This document shows positions 33,692 through 35,647 of a stretch of 35,647 bases of DNA, in pieces (position 1 is the first letter of the stretch; every line of letters begins with the position of its first letter). Source of the stretch: a bacterium (GTDB lineage: Bacteria > Patescibacteriota > Minisyncoccia > Phycocordibacterales > UBA5272); assembly GCA_043736875.1 (NCBI GenBank), contig JAYTBU010000027.1, forward strand, positions 1-35,647. The letters run 5' to 3'. Under the pieces are notes generated by a model, which saw nothing but the letters and a program-made list of their open reading frames with translations, searched no databases and was not told the origin of the DNA. The position numbers were made by a program, and so were the translations under genes.

Positions 33692-33720
33692 AAAAACTTC
33701 TATAAAATATAGAAGTTTTT
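33692..33720. terminator. Bidirectional AT-rich terminator between convergent murA and the 78-aa gene
   Basis: AAAAACTTCTATA-AAA-TATAGAAGTTTTT. Confidence 0.65.
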
Positions 33721-33746
33721 ATTTTAGAATTAATATTTAATTATTT

Positions 33747-33983
33747 TTATTTTAATAAAAAGTATGCTGCTATACCTATGATAAGTGCAAATTGAGTGTT
33801 TGCTGGCATATTACCATTTATTATTATTAGAGCTAAAAATCCTATCATAACAGCTTTACCAATTGACCTGCCTCCTGATGCGGGTGTAGCGGGAGCTGGA
33901 GTTGGATCACCACCAAGCGCTACAGCTGGAGCGAGCATTGCAGAGTCTGTTATTATTTGTATTGTTTCTGGAGTTAATATCAT
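33747..33983 (-). CDS. Small membrane protein (78 aa) with a Pro/Ala/Gly-rich segment and two C-terminal hydrophobic spans
   Basis: MILTPETIQ...GGDPTPAPATPASGG...AVMIGFLALIIING...FALIIGIAAYFLLK. A consensus promoter lies upstream on the same strand and a terminator lies downstream. Confidence 0.55.
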   Translation of the reverse strand: MILTPETIQIITDSAMLAPAVALGGDPTPAPATPASGGRSIGKAVMIGFLALIIINGNMPANTQFALIIGIAAYFLLK

Positions 33984-34015
33984 ATTTTATTTTTATATTA
34001 TTTACTAATAAATAC

Positions 34016-34043
34016 ATTATACACGAATATAATATTTTGTCAA
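34016..34043 (-). promoter_or_regulatory. Consensus sigma70-type promoter (TTGACA-16 nt-TATAAT) on the minus strand
   Basis: Plus-strand TGTCAA at 34038-34043 and ATTATA at 34016-34021, separated by a 16-nt spacer. Confidence 0.6.
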
Positions 34044-34062
34044 GTGTTTTGATTATTTAAAT

Positions 34063-34095
34063 AAAAAGAGGCCGAGCTTTGCTCGGCCTCTTTTT
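34063..34095. other. Orphan GC-rich hairpin flanked by A and T runs, between divergent promoters
   Basis: AAAAA-GAGGCCGAGC-TTT-GCTCGGCCTC-TTTTT forms a 10-bp perfect stem. No gene ends next to it on either strand. Confidence 0.5.
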
Positions 34096-34108
34096 ATTTT
34101 TTATAATA

Positions 34109-34117
34109 TGTTATAAT
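34109..34117 (+). promoter_or_regulatory. Extended -10 promoter (TGtTATAAT) with leaderless spacing to the MFS gene
   Basis: TG at 34109-34110 and TATAAT at 34112-34117, then exactly 6 nt to the ATG at 34124. Confidence 0.55.
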
Positions 34118-34123
34118 ACATAA

Positions 34124-35341
34124 ATGTTAAATAAAAATACACTAAAGATAATAATCCTGATCGCGTTCATAGATATTATCTCTTATACGATGCTGATACC
34201 ACTCATCACTCCCATGTTTCAAGAGAGTGGCTTATTTGGGTCCCAGTATAACCCTATATATTTAAAATTATTACTAGGTATCTCATTTACACTATTTCCC
34301 ATCTTTCAGTTTTTAATATCACCTGCCATTGGTTTTTATAGTGATAAGATAGGGAGGAGAAATATAATAATCTGGTCATTGTTTTTTACTGTTATAGCTA
34401 GAATATTTGTATTTACTTCATTTCAAAATGGATCAGTAGCTCTATTTTATATATCAAATATCTTAGACGGTATTACAGGAGCCATGTACGGGGTCATATT
34501 TTCCTCGATTGCGGACGTGTCAAAAGAAGAAGAGAAAGCTAAAAACTTTGGACTCGTCGGAGCTGCTTTTGGTATAGGGTTTATTATTGGTCCCGCTCTT
34601 GGGGGTATATTATCTTTGCTACCTAATTATTACTTTTTGGTAGCTGTAATCTCAGTTCTGATAACTATTATTAATTTATGGCTGGGCTATAAATACATAA
34701 AAGAAACTCTGCCAGTAGAAAAAAGAAGCAAAGAAGAAGTGCATCCAATCAGGCTCATATACAAAATCTTTGACGTGTTCAAATATAAAAAAGTATTACC
34801 GCTAATAATGGTTATATTTATAGGTACATTATCTTTTCAATTCTTTACTAATTTTTACTATGACTATTATATAGATACCAGAAATATAACAGCCTTGCAA
34901 ATTGGGGCTGTATTTGGAGTTATAGGTATTTCTATTGCATTTTTCCAAGGGTATTTTAATAATATTTTAATGAAGTATTTTTCTAGTAAGCAGATGATAG
35001 TTGTCGGACATGTAATATTATTTGTAACTATCGCGGCTCTCCTATATCCAAGTTTTAGTAATATTGGCATATGGCTCTCATTTATAATATCTATTTTTGT
35101 CGCAGCAGGCAGGTCTATTGTTGATCCTAATTTACTCGCTGAGTTAAGCGCCGAGGCAGGTGATAAGCAAGGTGAGATATTGGGTTATAATCAGGCACTT
35201 TCGGCACTTGCAATGGCGATACCCGGCATACTCGGTGGGTTTTTAGCAACTATAAATATAAACTTACCGATGTTAACCGCGAGCCTCATAACCGTGCTCG
35301 GACTATTTGTGTATTTGTATAGTAAGAGAAAAGTGGTGTAA
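34124..35341 (+). CDS. MFS transporter (DHA1/TetA-like)
   Basis: 405 aa with about 12 hydrophobic spans. MFS motif A is GFYSDKIGRRNIII. Confidence 0.85.
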   Translation: MLNKNTLKIIILIAFIDIISYTMLIPLITPMFQESGLFGSQYNPIYLKLLLGISFTLFPIFQFLISPAIGFYSDKIGRRNIIIWSLFFTVIARIFVFTSFQNGSVALFYISNILDGITGAMYGVIFSSIADVSKEEEKAKNFGLVGAAFGIGFIIGPALGGILSLLPNYYFLVAVISVLITIINLWLGYKYIKETLPVEKRSKEEVHPIRLIYKIFDVFKYKKVLPLIMVIFIGTLSFQFFTNFYYDYYIDTRNITALQIGAVFGVIGISIAFFQGYFNNILMKYFSSKQMIVVGHVILFVTIAALLYPSFSNIGIWLSFIISIFVAAGRSIVDPNLLAELSAEAGDKQGEILGYNQALSALAMAIPGILGGFLATININLPMLTASLITVLGLFVYLYSKRKVV

Positions 35342-35382
35342 TTTTTTATTTTTCTATATATGCTATACTTAAAAAAATAAAT

Positions 35383-35647
35383 ATGACAAATTACGGATTA
35401 AAAATAAATAGTAAATACAACATAACTGACTACTCAGAAAAAGTTATGACTAGCGCAGGAGATATAGTGTTATTTGAATCTGGTATATATAAAATATATT
35501 GTGACGGGGATACTTTTATTTCTCATAATATATTTGAAGGATTAATACATATAACATGTATTAGTGTGCGTGATGATATATCTATAAATATTAGAGCTAG
35601 TGGTGTGGCTGGTGAAGTGTGCGGTGGCGGCAGCGAAGCTGCCGCCA
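35383..35647 (+). CDS. Open-ended ORF (5' part only), unknown function; absent from the supplied ORF track
   Basis: Translated by hand: MTNYGLKINSKYNITDYSEKVMTSAGDIVLFESGIYKIYCDGDTFISHNIFEGLIHITCISVRDDISINIRASGVAGEVCGGGSEAAA... with no stop before the window end. A TGcTATACT box (35361-35369) lies 13 nt upstream. Confidence 0.5.
   Translation, partial: MTNYGLKINSKYNITDYSEKVMTSAGDIVLFESGIYKIYCDGDTFISHNIFEGLIHITCISVRDDISINIRASGVAGEVCGGGSEAAA
35623..35647 (+). repeat. Second copy of the 25-nt GC-rich palindrome, ending exactly at the window edge
   Basis: GGTGGCGGCAGCGAAGCTGCCGCCA is identical to the reverse complement of 10720-10744 and is in the same reading phase (GGGSEAAA). Confidence 0.9.

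Noticed and set aside
33796-34008. 70-aa plus-strand ORF antisense to the 78-aa membrane protein gene.
   Set aside because: The consensus promoter and the downstream terminator are on the minus strand. The plus frame is kept open only by the GC-rich segment.
1-35647. Possible alternative genetic code (TGA reassigned, as in some candidate phyla) and a search for CRISPR arrays, rRNA, transposases, integrases or reverse transcriptases.
   Set aside because: All conserved genes are full length under the standard code with no in-frame TGA, so TGA is merely rare, not a sense codon. No regularly spaced direct repeats, rRNA-like sequence or mobile-element enzyme motifs were found on either strand.

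Overview
This is an AT-rich (roughly 30% GC by eye), densely coding 35.6-kb bacterial segment. The gene content suggests a reduced-genome lineage with no outer-membrane components in view, such as Candidate Phyla Radiation/Patescibacteria; this is inferred from content only. Recognisable housekeeping genes are an L,D-transpeptidase, gatC-gatA, a fused msrA-msrB, dnaE, a dihydrouridine synthase, an RsuA/RluB-type pseudouridine synthase, cysS, a LysM/M23 peptidase, a DedA protein, murA and an MFS transporter. There is a 7-gene type IV pilus operon (pilM-pilN-pilO-small ORF-pilB-pilT-pilC). There are four tRNA genes: probable initiator Met, a second CAT-anticodon tRNA, Asn-GTT and Ile-GAT. No rRNA, CRISPR array, transposase or integrase was seen. 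Features worth a second look: (1) an identical 25-nt GC-rich perfect palindrome lies in-frame in dnaE and in the open ORF at the very end of the window, encoding GGGSEAAA in both; (2) an operon of two very long Lys/Glu-rich coiled-coil proteins plus a small ORF runs divergent from the M23 peptidase, and the first protein has one membrane span and a C-terminal globular domain; (3) a membrane protein combines six thrombospondin-type-3 calcium-binding repeats, a His-rich tract and a C-terminal domain with an RNxxxH (HEPN-like) motif; (4) a 608-bp cassette carrying a 2H-phosphoesterase gene is bracketed by 45-bp direct repeats next to tRNA-Asn; (5) a G9 tract sits in the spacer of a TTGACA/TATAAT promoter driving a Cys-tailed protein; (6) decayed partial copies of tRNA genes flank tRNA-fMet and tRNA-Ile; (7) in seven cases a TATAAT box lies exactly 6 nt upstream of an ATG, implying leaderless mRNAs; (8) a MerT-like CC-motif membrane protein lies upstream of membrane-anchored MsrAB. 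All functional calls rest on motifs read by eye, since no database search was possible.
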